Origin: a virus
Length of the DNA: 64,000 nucleotides
Direction: 5' to 3' (one strand)
IMG/VR virus record: IMGVR_UViG_3300009314_000007
Location: 43,337 to 107,336 of that record
How positions within the stretch are numbered: the stretch's first letter is position 1; every line of letters begins with the position of its first letter. A model generated the notes under the pieces. That model did no database searches. It worked only from the letters and a program-made list of their open reading frames with translations, and had not been told where the DNA came from. Below are positions 1-9,072 of the stretch, piece after piece. Made by a program: the position numbers and the translations under genes.

Positions 1-627
1 GTGGCCCAGAAATCCGGATGCGTGTGTTCGGGTCACTGGGCACACAAGAAAGAACACTATGTCGTCACGCGGCGAGAAAAGGCCACGTCGCTGGACGGCA
101 AGGAGGTGACGAGTAAATACTCAGAGATCAAGTGCATGCACTGCTACAGGAAGTGGCGCAGCAACGCAGGGTACATAGCCAAGTTGCCGGATCACGTCGA
201 ACGGACGTGGGGGATGCTCACCGACGCGGATGTTCTCAAGCTGGTACGGGCAGGCCGTATCGAGGTGGACTTCGAGAAGGGCGTGATCTGGAAAGAAAGG
301 CGGGCGGGCAAGACGTGGATGGGCTATATGATCAAGCTCACCGCTCGGACGAACCGCGGTGGCGAGCGGTGGGAGAGCGACAGGCCACGGGGAGATCCCT
401 ATAAGTTCGTGGTCGTGGTGAATAACGAGTGCCGTAAGGAGATCTCGGTGTCTCGATTGGTGTGGATGGCTTACCACGACCAGTTGATACCGGAAGGCTT
501 TGACGTGGACCATTTCGATAGAAACAAGGAGAATAACGCCATCGACAATCTTCGCTTGCTGGAGGCGACTCACAACAGGAGTGATAATGGTGACGGCGAA
601 CGAGAGTGGGACGAAGACGACTTCTAA
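1..627 (+). CDS. HNH endonuclease (C-terminal HNH_3-type domain); may be 5'-truncated at window edge
   Basis: SRLVWMAYH...IPEGFDVDHFDRNKENNAIDNLRLLEATHN is a typical phage HNH motif; N-terminal CxC...CxxC. Confidence 0.85.
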   Translation: MAQKSGCVCSGHWAHKKEHYVVTRREKATSLDGKEVTSKYSEIKCMHCYRKWRSNAGYIAKLPDHVERTWGMLTDADVLKLVRAGRIEVDFEKGVIWKERRAGKTWMGYMIKLTARTNRGGERWESDRPRGDPYKFVVVVNNECRKEISVSRLVWMAYHDQLIPEGFDVDHFDRNKENNAIDNLRLLEATHNRSDNGDGEREWDEDDF

Positions 628-1330
628 GCGAACGGACCTGCCCCCGCCGAGGATTGAGAATCGCCAGCTCCAACTCTTCGAGACTCGCTTGTTGAACCAC
701 GGAGCCTGTCGCCACTTCGCTGGTGACTTCTATGAGCTGGCCACGGTGGCGCTGGTGGGTGGACAGCGGTTGCGGACAAACAGCCAGTATGCGACGTGCC
801 CCGACATTCAGTGGCGGGACGAGATCTGCTTCGAGTGCAAGAGTGTGGGTAATACCAACTCTGCTATCTTGTACGAGATTCGCGTTCAGCGGGACATTGA
901 GTTCGTGCAGCGCGGGTATCAGCTCTACTACTGGTTCTGGCACCATCGGCACCAGGTGGCACAGTCCCAGTTGATCTCCGAGTTGAATCGCGGCTTGGCG
1001 GAGAACATTCGCGAGGTGGTCGTGATTCCCTTCGACGCCATGGCTCGCTGGCTGCGAGGGCGGCCGGTTAAGGTGATGAACACCGGGCAGGTTTCGAGTA
1101 GGGGGAAGAAAGTTGGTTGGGGCAGCAGAGGCTACGGAATGGGCTGGGGAGTGCCCGTGAGCGCAATGAAAGAGCTGACCACAACGAAGTGGTCGGTGCG
1201 GGGATTGAAAGCGGAGGGAGAGAAGTTCCCGGACTTTTCTTTGTTTGGAGACTCTAACATGGAGTTTCTTGCTTGCCCGCTGAGTGGCGCAGGCACCCGT
1301 ACGTTTTCGAGAGATGAGACCACAGACTAA
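587..1330 (+). CDS. PD-(D/E)xK restriction-endonuclease-fold protein
   Basis: E...CPDIQWRDEICFECKSVG motif; AGGAG RBS before ATG 587. Confidence 0.6.
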   Translation: MVTANESGTKTTSKRTDLPPPRIENRQLQLFETRLLNHGACRHFAGDFYELATVALVGGQRLRTNSQYATCPDIQWRDEICFECKSVGNTNSAILYEIRVQRDIEFVQRGYQLYYWFWHHRHQVAQSQLISELNRGLAENIREVVVIPFDAMARWLRGRPVKVMNTGQVSSRGKKVGWGSRGYGMGWGVPVSAMKELTTTKWSVRGLKAEGEKFPDFSLFGDSNMEFLACPLSGAGTRTFSRDETTD

Positions 1331-1364
1331 TCTAAGCAATCGTTTTTCAAATGGAGACGCACAG

Positions 1365-1775
1365 ATGGAGAAACCTATTCAATTCGCACTGTCCTCACCC
1401 TTCAATCTTTTCCCGGATGGACCCACGGCGACTCTCGTGGTCGGGGTGGGGCTTGCGGAGTACGCGGATGGCAAGGGCCGCGCCGTGTTCCTGATCTTCA
1501 AGAAAGAGAAGCCCGAGGACCAGAGCGGCGGCAAGCAGTTGAGTGTCAGCCTGCCGCAGCACGCGGGGCAGCTCGACGCGACTGCGGACGAGTTCTTCCT
1601 GAAGGACTGGGCCGACAACGAGCAGGCCGCCCAGGTCTGCTTGCGAGAAGGACTAATCGTGGACATCGGCAAAGCACCCGTGCAAGCTGGTGATCGGCAG
1701 GTGAAGGCATGCCGGATCGACCGCAGCAAGCTGCGAGAGATGACGCCCGCGGAGCTGGAACTGTACAAGCCGTGA
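1365..1775 (+). CDS. hypothetical protein, DUF4313-like C-terminus
   Basis: GGAG RBS; EFFLKDWADNEQAAQVCLREGLIVDIG..VQAG pattern. Confidence 0.5.
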   Translation: MEKPIQFALSSPFNLFPDGPTATLVVGVGLAEYADGKGRAVFLIFKKEKPEDQSGGKQLSVSLPQHAGQLDATADEFFLKDWADNEQAAQVCLREGLIVDIGKAPVQAGDRQVKACRIDRSKLREMTPAELELYKP

Positions 1776-2506
1776 GTGAAGCGAACAAGCTCTACGCTCG
1801 GTGGTATCGCAAACAGTGGTCTGCGGTTGGCGCCTACTTGCGGGAGCAGGACCGGGTGATTTTCGCGGAGCAGTCGAGGTTGATTCGAGCCGCTCAGAAG
1901 CGGCGACAACCTCGACGCCGGAAAAACTTCGATAAGCTGCCGGAGGATCTTCAAGAGGAGATTCATCAGCAGCTACTGAAGCAGTTCGCCGATGTGATCC
2001 GGATTCGTGACGCGGTGAGAAAAGCACGGAGGGTTCGAGCGGCGAGGCTGCAAACACTGTGGCCGCGGGTGACCTTCGAGCCGCTTCCGAACATCTGGCA
2101 GCAGGTGGATTATTGCAGCTCAAACACCTACCGCTCGCAGGGATGGGGGAAGAACAAGTACGCCCGGGGTTCGCTGCTGATGTACGAGGAGCTGTTGAAG
2201 GAGCACGGGTACGACTGCGACGTGTATCGCGTGTTCGAGAGTCGCGTTGAAGGGCGGCACTATCCGGGGGCCGGGTACTTGCCGTCCGAGACGTATTATG
2301 GGTATGCGCTGTATGCCAACATTGAAGATTGGCGGTATCATGCTTTGATCCGCCGGGGGCTTTCGACGGAAGAAGAGATCGAGTTGCTGGAGAAACACGG
2401 CAGCTTGAACGTGATGGTGTACAACCCGTTTCTTAACCCCACCGAGGTCATGGAGTTGTGGGCGAAGATTCGCGAGAAGCGGCGGAAAGGAGTAGGACAG
2501 GCATGA
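1772..2506 (+). CDS. hypothetical protein
   Basis: GTGA start/stop overlap with previous gene; long ORF in co-directional run. Confidence 0.65.
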   Translation: MSEANKLYARWYRKQWSAVGAYLREQDRVIFAEQSRLIRAAQKRRQPRRRKNFDKLPEDLQEEIHQQLLKQFADVIRIRDAVRKARRVRAARLQTLWPRVTFEPLPNIWQQVDYCSSNTYRSQGWGKNKYARGSLLMYEELLKEHGYDCDVYRVFESRVEGRHYPGAGYLPSETYYGYALYANIEDWRYHALIRRGLSTEEEIELLEKHGSLNVMVYNPFLNPTEVMELWAKIREKRRKGVGQA

Positions 2507-2691
2507 AACCACTGCGACAGATCGTGAAGAGAGAGCGGTACTTCCCAATGTCAGCTCCCACCGGCACCGGGTCGGTGATGCTGACGTTGGAGTGCGGCCA
2601 CGAGGTGCATTGCAAACAGAGCAAGGAGCCCAAGTACCGGGCGAGGTGCTGGTACTGTCCAGACAGGGAGACGAATGATGGCGACGGTTAG
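2503..2691 (+). CDS. small Zn-binding hypothetical protein
   Basis: ATGA overlap; LECGH...RCWYC. Confidence 0.55.
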   Translation: MKPLRQIVKRERYFPMSAPTGTGSVMLTLECGHEVHCKQSKEPKYRARCWYCPDRETNDGDG

Positions 2692-3136
2692 TCTATACAC
2701 GTTTCAGGACCGCGAGGGCTGCGAGCAGACTTTCACCACTTTCAGCGCCAGGGAGGCGAAGGAAGTGGCGGAGAAGAACAACTGGCTCTGTTTCGACAAC
2801 GAGTACGAATACTCGGATCGGAACGTAGCTTGGGATTGCACGGGTAATCACATCTTGTGGGCGGCGTGCGAATTGGGGTATATGGTTCAAGTGTTCAAGG
2901 GCGGCGAGGAGGAGCCGGAGCACGAGTATCGAGCTGGAAATAGCCCGCGGTGCTCGCAGCCCTACGTGCCGCTGGAGGGTCGGCAGGTGTCCTTGGAACA
3001 GCTCCGCAGGTTTGCCGAGCAGACTGCGGTGGAGCTGGCACGGGAGTACCATGTGACTCCGTTGGAGAACATTCACGAGGACGCCGAGGTGCTTGAGCGA
3101 TTGAAAGAGGAGCTTGGCATAGCAAGCGAAACGTGA
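2675..3136 (+). CDS. hypothetical protein
   Basis: GGGAG RBS; ORF in operon-like run. Confidence 0.65.
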   Translation: MMATVSLYTFQDREGCEQTFTTFSAREAKEVAEKNNWLCFDNEYEYSDRNVAWDCTGNHILWAACELGYMVQVFKGGEEEPEHEYRAGNSPRCSQPYVPLEGRQVSLEQLRRFAEQTAVELAREYHVTPLENIHEDAEVLERLKEELGIASET

Positions 3137-3165
3137 TATAAGCCGACAGCAACAAGGAGGTTGCG

Positions 3166-3387
3166 ATGAAAGCGTCAGGACCCCGGGCGAAGCAGAAGTA
3201 TGCCGATCTTCCGGATCACATCAAGCAGGTGGCCAGCGTTCCGGGCGTTGTCTCCTGCTTGAAGTGCCGGAAGTTGTTCAAGTCTCCGGACCGTATTCGG
3301 ATTCGCCTTTGCGGGAAATGTGGCGACGAGAACCTGGACGAGTTTTGTAGCCGGTCAACACCTTTGACGGAGGGTACTCTTGAGTAA
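3166..3387 (+). CDS. small zinc-ribbon protein
   Basis: AAGGAGG RBS; CLKC...F.S....RLCGKC. Confidence 0.7.
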   Translation: MKASGPRAKQKYADLPDHIKQVASVPGVVSCLKCRKLFKSPDRIRIRLCGKCGDENLDEFCSRSTPLTEGTLE

Positions 3388-3390
3388 CCA

Positions 3391-3404
3391 CAATAACGTT
3401 ATTG
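3391..3404. repeat. dispersed 14-bp palindrome, copy 1 (CAATAACGTTATTG), intergenic
   Basis: Perfect palindrome; 7 related copies in window. Confidence 0.9.
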
Positions 3405-3425
3405 CTAACGAAGTGAGAGGAAAGC

Positions 3426-4598
3426 ATGGCGAACAATAAGCGGCTCGCGATGATCACGGCGGATCTTCACCTGGACGATTACGCTTGGGCTGATCGACCG
3501 ACACTGTCGGGAGATTCCCGGTGGTCGTTTCAGTGGATCTGCGATAAGGCGGAGAAGTTTGGCAATCCCAGCGCGGCGAGTCCCAGCTTCTGCGTCATCG
3601 CGGCGGGGGATCTGGTCGAGAAGAAACGAAACGAGTCGGGTCCGGTCCACTTCATTCGGCGCAGGATGGAGCAATTGGAAAACGGCGATCCCAAGTCCGT
3701 GGGCTTCTACTACATTCAGGGGCAGCATGACATGCAGGATGAGCCGTGGTTCGGTTCAGCACACCGCTGGCCGGAGCATATCCACGAGCCATCTGACGGT
3801 TATTGCTATGATCTGGGCGGGTACAAGCTGTGGGGAATCGACTGGACGCCCCCAGATCGCTTGCAGGAGGCCCTGGATAGGGTTCCCGAGGACACGGATA
3901 TTCTGGTCATGCACCAGGTGTGTCACGAGTTCATGGGTTCCGTCGCGGCGCCCGAGTTGAGTTTCGACCGCATTCCGCATGCGAGGTTGCTGATCGTTGG
4001 CGACTACCACAAGCGAGTGAAGCTCGAAACACGGGGAGCCCACGGACAAAAGTTGACGGTGCTTTCTCCGGGCAGTACGAATCTGCGGGAGATCAGCGAG
4101 CAGCGGGACAAGGCGGTCTTCATGCTGTACGAGGATCTGAGTGTGAAGGTCGCGAAGATTCCCACGAGGGCGGTGATCGAGACGCCGGACCTGCTCATGG
4201 AGGAGGCGGTCGAGGATCTCCTGGAGGAACTCGATACGTTAATCGACGCCGCGCAGGTTCGGGCGGTGAAAGCCGGTTTGCCCGTGGAATTGCACAGGCC
4301 GATCATCTACGTTCGGTATCATCGACGACTGGTCGGTACGGAGCCGCGGCTACTGAAGGCCATTGACCGGCGAGCCCACCTGTTCACCAAGGTGATCGGG
4401 GAGCTGGCGGAGGGTGAGGAGGGTGAGTCCGAGGAACTCGATCTGGGTGAGGAGGGTCTCACACTTCTCGGGTGCTTGCCGGAGGAGGTGGACGAAGACC
4501 AGGAGCCGGGGGTGTTTGAAGGTCTCCAGCGACTGCTCAGCACGGACGAGCCCGCTGTGGAGTTGTCCAAGATGCGGGCGGAGCACTTGGATGCTTAG
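3426..4598 (+). CDS. sbcD: Mre11/SbcD-like metallophosphoesterase exonuclease
   Basis: ADLHL, AGDL, GQHD, MHQ, GDYH, SPGS motifs; near SbcC gene. Confidence 0.9.
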   Translation: MANNKRLAMITADLHLDDYAWADRPTLSGDSRWSFQWICDKAEKFGNPSAASPSFCVIAAGDLVEKKRNESGPVHFIRRRMEQLENGDPKSVGFYYIQGQHDMQDEPWFGSAHRWPEHIHEPSDGYCYDLGGYKLWGIDWTPPDRLQEALDRVPEDTDILVMHQVCHEFMGSVAAPELSFDRIPHARLLIVGDYHKRVKLETRGAHGQKLTVLSPGSTNLREISEQRDKAVFMLYEDLSVKVAKIPTRAVIETPDLLMEEAVEDLLEELDTLIDAAQVRAVKAGLPVELHRPIIYVRYHRRLVGTEPRLLKAIDRRAHLFTKVIGELAEGEEGESEELDLGEEGLTLLGCLPEEVDEDQEPGVFEGLQRLLSTDEPAVELSKMRAEHLDA

Positions 4599-4821
4599 GT
4601 TCTATGCCGAGAGCGACGGCGACCCGGGGCGTATGTCTTACTACGTTGTGGACTCGTACGCCGATCCCCTGGGTGATCATCGTCGCACCGATTGTGCAAG
4701 TCGCGGGGAGGCTCGCAAGCTGGCTCGCGAGTTTAATGCAAACCCCCCGTGGCCCGCTTGGGACACAATTCAAGAGGCTCGGGACAAGGAGAAAGTGGAT
4801 GCCAAAGCAACCGATAAGTAG
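4591..4821 (+). CDS. hypothetical protein
   Basis: GGAG RBS; fills gap after sbcD. Confidence 0.5.
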   Translation: MLRFYAESDGDPGRMSYYVVDSYADPLGDHRRTDCASRGEARKLAREFNANPPWPAWDTIQEARDKEKVDAKATDK

Positions 4822-5149
4822 AGGGAAGTTCGAGGAGCATACTGGCTTGGTGTTAGAGGCAGTTGTGGACGGAGCCATCGTGTTTCACGATAGCGCAGCG
4901 ATGTTCGAGCAACTCGCTGAGGAGCAACGGAGTTGGTTCGTAGCGCATGCAAGTTTACGATTGCGGTACATGTATGCGAATAAGCCCCAGTTTCGCCAGC
5001 TACTAAGAGGTTCGGGAAATGGTGGGCGGGATAGGTGCTACACGTGGGTCGAGCACTGGCTCGAAGCGTACTTGCGGGACCCGCAGGTTTATCGGGAGAG
5101 ACACTCATCTACGATGTTTGATGGGGAGGAGACAATATGCGGCTGTTGA
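4799..5149 (+). CDS. hypothetical protein
   Basis: AAGGAG RBS; overlaps start of sbcC. Confidence 0.6.
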   Translation: MPKQPISRGKFEEHTGLVLEAVVDGAIVFHDSAAMFEQLAEEQRSWFVAHASLRLRYMYANKPQFRQLLRGSGNGGRDRCYTWVEHWLEAYLRDPQVYRERHSSTMFDGEETICGC

Positions 5150-7299
5150 GTTTGGAGTTGCGGCAGATATGCCAACACGAGTCGCTTAACTGGGATTTCC
5201 AGCCAGGACTGATCGGGATCTTTGGTCCCAACGGTTCCGGTAAGTCCACCGCGATCAATGCGGGGCCGTATTTGGCCCTGACGAACGATTACGCTCGGGT
5301 CGTGGGCGGCAAGGCGGGGGCGATCCGCCAGCAGGCGGAGGCTCACGAGCTGTCCTGGGTCAAGCTCTGCGCAGAGCACCAGGGCACTGAGTTCGAGGTA
5401 AGCCGGACGCTGCAACCCGGCAGCAAGCATCGACTGGTGTGTCCGGCGTTGGAGAAACCGCTCACCAAGGCCAACGAGATTCGGGATTGGCTTGAGCGGA
5501 CGCTTGGGATGGATCGCACGCTCACCGACGATTATCTGTTTGTCGGGCAGAGCGATCTCACCGCTCCATTCAACGAGTCTTCGACGGTGCGAGCTAAGAG
5601 TTTGGCCCGGCTGTGCCGGACCACGCACGGCGAGGCGTGTTGGGAGGCCCTGGGTAAGCAGATTGAAGCTGATCGGCCGCTTGCGGGCCAGGTGATCGAC
5701 ACCTCCGATGGGATTCGCAAGCGGGTCAGTGAGTACAAGGCCAAGCTGAAGCAGGCCAAGAAGGAGAAGTCCGCAGCCAGCAAGAGGCGGCTCAAGGCGC
5801 AGGACCGCAAGATTGCGCAGAATGCTTTGGATCGACGGGCGACTCGCGACCGCTTGCTCGAAGAGCGCGTCGGGGCAAAGTCAAAAGAGACTGGGCTGCT
5901 CGAAAAGACCAAGGCGGCTTTCAGGGCGGCCCGGGAGGCGGAGCACGCCGCGGCGGTGGCCCAGGAGAACCTGACGACTGCGGAGGGTTTGGAGCGGGAT
6001 GCCGCGGAGCAGCTCAGGACGTATCGAGCCGACAAGAAGAGGTGGGAGCGGCGGCTCGCGAGGGAGACCGAGTACAACGAGCTGTCGCAGAGAGTCATAC
6101 CGTCGCCGCAGAAGCCGGATCTCCCGGATGAGGACACTTTGAGAACCAACTGGTCCGAAGCGAAAGCGGATGTGACTCGGTGGTCCAAGTGGATCGAGAC
6201 CGCCGAGGCGGGCCTGGCTGAGTGCCACGAGTGTGGTTCGGATCTGCGCGGGGACGCCGCGGCGGAGAGGCTGGCGACTATCAAGCGGGAGCTTCCGGCT
6301 CGCAAAAAGGAGGAAGAGGCTCGCCACGAGCAGCTCGCCGTGTGGCGGAGGTATAACGCGGCTCTGACCAAGGCCGCCGCCGAGACCACGGCGCACAACA
6401 AGCTACTGACCGCTGCACGTGTTGCGGCGGAAGAGTACAGCGAGGTCGAGGAGCCGGAGGAGATCAACGAGGGTCACTTACAGGCCACCGTCAGCGCGGC
6501 GGTGGCTGCTCGCATACTGTTCAGCGGCGACCCGAACGACGAGGACGACGGGGGGCTCATTGGCGCGAGCCGAGAGGCTGACGAGAAGAAGAGCGAGTTG
6601 AAGGGCAAGCACCGTGCGGCCAAGGAGCGACTCGCCGAGATCGAGAAGCAGCTCCAGGAGAATGAGGTTGGTGACGAGGAGGTCGCCGAGGCTCAGCGTC
6701 TCCTCGACATTGATGCGGAAGCGAAGCAGCAGGTTGCTGTCGCGGAGAACTCGATTGCGGTTCATCAGAACTCGATTGCGGAGCAAGAGGAAGAACTGGG
6801 GCGGGTACAGGCTTTGCTCTCCAGGAGCGGGCGGGCCCAGACTTGGTTGCGAAAACAGGAGAGAATGCGAGAGGTATTGCACCGGGACAACTTGCCCCGA
6901 CGAGTGCATCGACGAGCGCTACGTCGCATGGAAAGCGGCATAAACGAGACTTTGGAGCAGTTCGATAGTCCCTTCTGGGTGCGAACAGATGAGGAGTTGC
7001 GCTTCATAGCGCATTTCCCAAATGGTACCGTGATGCCGGGAGAAGGCCTGTCGGGCGGGGAGCAATCCGTGCTGGCGTTGGCTTACCGGTGGACTCTGAA
7101 CTCCATGTTCGCGAGTCAAATTGGTATGCTGGTGTTGGACGAGCCTACGGCTTGGATCGACGCAAGAAACTTGGACTGTCTGGAAGCGGCTCTGACCAAC
7201 CTACGGGGACTGGTGCGAGCCCAGGGATACCAAGTGATCATCATTACACACCACCAACAACTCCAGAGGGTGTTTGACCAGGTGATCACACTCGAATAA
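5137..7299 (+). CDS. sbcC: Rad50/SbcC-like SMC ATPase
   Basis: Walker A GPNGSGKS, coiled coil with central CHEC zinc hook, signature LSGGE, Walker B LVLDEP, IITH. Confidence 0.93.
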   Translation: MRLLSLELRQICQHESLNWDFQPGLIGIFGPNGSGKSTAINAGPYLALTNDYARVVGGKAGAIRQQAEAHELSWVKLCAEHQGTEFEVSRTLQPGSKHRLVCPALEKPLTKANEIRDWLERTLGMDRTLTDDYLFVGQSDLTAPFNESSTVRAKSLARLCRTTHGEACWEALGKQIEADRPLAGQVIDTSDGIRKRVSEYKAKLKQAKKEKSAASKRRLKAQDRKIAQNALDRRATRDRLLEERVGAKSKETGLLEKTKAAFRAAREAEHAAAVAQENLTTAEGLERDAAEQLRTYRADKKRWERRLARETEYNELSQRVIPSPQKPDLPDEDTLRTNWSEAKADVTRWSKWIETAEAGLAECHECGSDLRGDAAAERLATIKRELPARKKEEEARHEQLAVWRRYNAALTKAAAETTAHNKLLTAARVAAEEYSEVEEPEEINEGHLQATVSAAVAARILFSGDPNDEDDGGLIGASREADEKKSELKGKHRAAKERLAEIEKQLQENEVGDEEVAEAQRLLDIDAEAKQQVAVAENSIAVHQNSIAEQEEELGRVQALLSRSGRAQTWLRKQERMREVLHRDNLPRRVHRRALRRMESGINETLEQFDSPFWVRTDEELRFIAHFPNGTVMPGEGLSGGEQSVLALAYRWTLNSMFASQIGMLVLDEPTAWIDARNLDCLEAALTNLRGLVRAQGYQVIIITHHQQLQRVFDQVITLE

Positions 7300-7308
7300 G
7301 GTAGCTTG

Positions 7309-8367
7309 ATGGATTCTGCTCAAAGAATCGACGAACTGCGATTGCACACCGCCGGTAAAGCGATTTGGTTTAGCGAGCCGGGGCGAGACTCGTTTACGTC
7401 TCCGCTGTCTCCGGCTGAGTTTGTTCGACAGAAGGTGATTGCGGAGGCAGACTCCGTGCGCCTGCTGGGTTGCAGAGAGAACGCTCAACTGATCGTAGAG
7501 TTGCACTCACGGCGATGCGCGACGCGGAGACCTGTGAACGTGTTACTCGGGAATCCAAACTGGAGGCCGGGTAACGAAGATCGGACTGAAGATGTCTTTC
7601 ACTGCATGATGGGACAAGAGGAGTCTCCGAGTGTTGGCGGATGGCATCAACTCACCGAGAAGGATTATGTAACCTTCGCGCTCATCGCGGAGTTCGAGCA
7701 AGCAGGCGGCCAATGCACATCGCTGGTGGAGCGGTTTCTGCGCGTTCACCCGGCGTGGCCCGCCTTGTCTTTTCTGCCGGACCTGAGCAAGGTTGCGGCG
7801 TGTCGGTTGTTGACGGCGATTGTCGATCCGCGCTGGCATGTGGACCCGCACAAACCAGATCGCGATGCGAGATTGCGGAGTTTCCTTGGGCTGGGTGGCA
7901 ATGGTTTGGAAGTTGTGCAGAGTCTTCTTATGGGCGAGCCTAGTCTCGATTGGCCCCGCCGCGTAGCCCGGGCGAAGGATGTGCTCGACACATGGACTGG
8001 TGGTGACTACACGCCACCACCACAAGATGTGGTGGGCCCTTCGGGTTTTCTGTGGAGAGTGTATTATGGCGTTGCGGAAGCCAAGGATGGCTATCGGGGG
8101 ATGCTTCGCGCATGCCACGTGTTTTTGAGGTTCCTTCGCAGCGTCTGGTTGGATAGTCTGACGGCAACTCGGGTGTACGAGTCGGTTGTTCGACGTGTTG
8201 TTGATCGGCCGAGAGGCAAGCCGGATTGCCGAGAGAAGAGGCGACGGCTGTTGCCTTGCCGCGCGGGCTCTTCGACTTTGTTCTTGCCGGAGCATTTCTT
8301 TCGGTTGACGGCCGAGGTTGAGGCGTGGAGACAGCACTTGACTAGATGTCGAGGGAATACGGCTTAA
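7309..8367 (+). CDS. IS110/Tas-like Nop-domain protein, apparently lacking catalytic residues
   Basis: HPAWPALSFLPDLSKVAACRLLTAIVDPRW...LRSFLGL resembles the IS110 Transposase_20/Nop helix-hairpin region; C-terminal LRACHVFLRFLRSVW resembles the R..K.FL..LW..W helix of phage IS110/Tas-like proteins. Confidence 0.6.
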   Translation: MDSAQRIDELRLHTAGKAIWFSEPGRDSFTSPLSPAEFVRQKVIAEADSVRLLGCRENAQLIVELHSRRCATRRPVNVLLGNPNWRPGNEDRTEDVFHCMMGQEESPSVGGWHQLTEKDYVTFALIAEFEQAGGQCTSLVERFLRVHPAWPALSFLPDLSKVAACRLLTAIVDPRWHVDPHKPDRDARLRSFLGLGGNGLEVVQSLLMGEPSLDWPRRVARAKDVLDTWTGGDYTPPPQDVVGPSGFLWRVYYGVAEAKDGYRGMLRACHVFLRFLRSVWLDSLTATRVYESVVRRVVDRPRGKPDCREKRRRLLPCRAGSSTLFLPEHFFRLTAEVEAWRQHLTRCRGNTA

Positions 8368-8393
8368 CCGTTTGGTTGGGAGGGATGGCAGGG

Positions 8394-8948
8394 ATGCGCG
8401 AGCTGGGAGTTAGAATCAAGTTCATTTCAGCCTGCTTGGGTAACGTCAAGCGGGAGTGTTACGTGCGAGGTAGGAAACGCTCGCACTACTTGCTTCCGCG
8501 AAGTCCCAATGGGCAGGTGACGTTTTTGAATACCTGGTGGCAGGCGATTTTGAAGCGAGCCGCCGAGCTTCTGTGCAAGCACCACACAGAGGTGAAGAAA
8601 ATCCGTTTCGCTTTGGAGGTGGAGGGATTGTCACACCCGCTGGAGGACGTGACCGAGGAGATTGACGGCAAGAAGGTGACGACGTTACGAGGGCACTTTC
8701 ATCGGTACTACAAGGCGGATCGCTTTGCCAAACACGAAGCGTTCTTTCCCGGTTCGGTGATTGAGCTTCGGTGTATCGTGCCGCAGAAGATCAGCGACGA
8801 TGATTTTCGGCGGTTGTTGGAACTGGCTGGGAAGTATTGCGGGATCAGTCCTGCGTGTCCCAATGAGTACGGGTTTTTCACCGTCGAGTCGATTCAGTCA
8901 ACGGGACGTGGCAAGGAAAACAAAGAAAAAGAGCCGACGATCTCCTGA
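8394..8948 (+). CDS. standalone RAMP superfamily (Cas7/Csm3-like RRM) protein
   Basis: N-terminal beta strand VRIKFISACLG, helix TFLNTWWQAILKRAA, HEAFFPGSVIELRC strand, terminal glycine loop AGKYCGISPACPNEYGFFTV. Confidence 0.65.
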   Translation: MRELGVRIKFISACLGNVKRECYVRGRKRSHYLLPRSPNGQVTFLNTWWQAILKRAAELLCKHHTEVKKIRFALEVEGLSHPLEDVTEEIDGKKVTTLRGHFHRYYKADRFAKHEAFFPGSVIELRCIVPQKISDDDFRRLLELAGKYCGISPACPNEYGFFTVESIQSTGRGKENKEKEPTIS

Positions 8949-9055
8949 GCAAAGGAATCGTCGGCTCCGTGCGGCAAGTGCCGGACCGTGGTGTTTTTCC
9001 CCACACACACGGAAATTTTACGGTTCTTCGCTGTGCATGCAACCCCTGGTAGGGG
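8931..9055. other. three-hairpin structured region over RAMP stop codon and spacer (candidate ncRNA, processing site or terminator)
   Basis: GAGCCGACGAT 8931-8941 pairs perfectly with ATCGTCGGCTC 8957-8967; CCGTGGTGT/ACACACACGG 8986-9012; CCCCT/AGGGG 9043-9055. Confidence 0.5.
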
Positions 9056-9072
9056 ATTTGGAGTATGCGAAT

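Noticed and set aside
7309-8367. Active IS110 insertion sequence
   Set aside because: No recognisable DEDD RuvC motif or catalytic serine loop, and no room for a non-coding end; tightly packed in an operon
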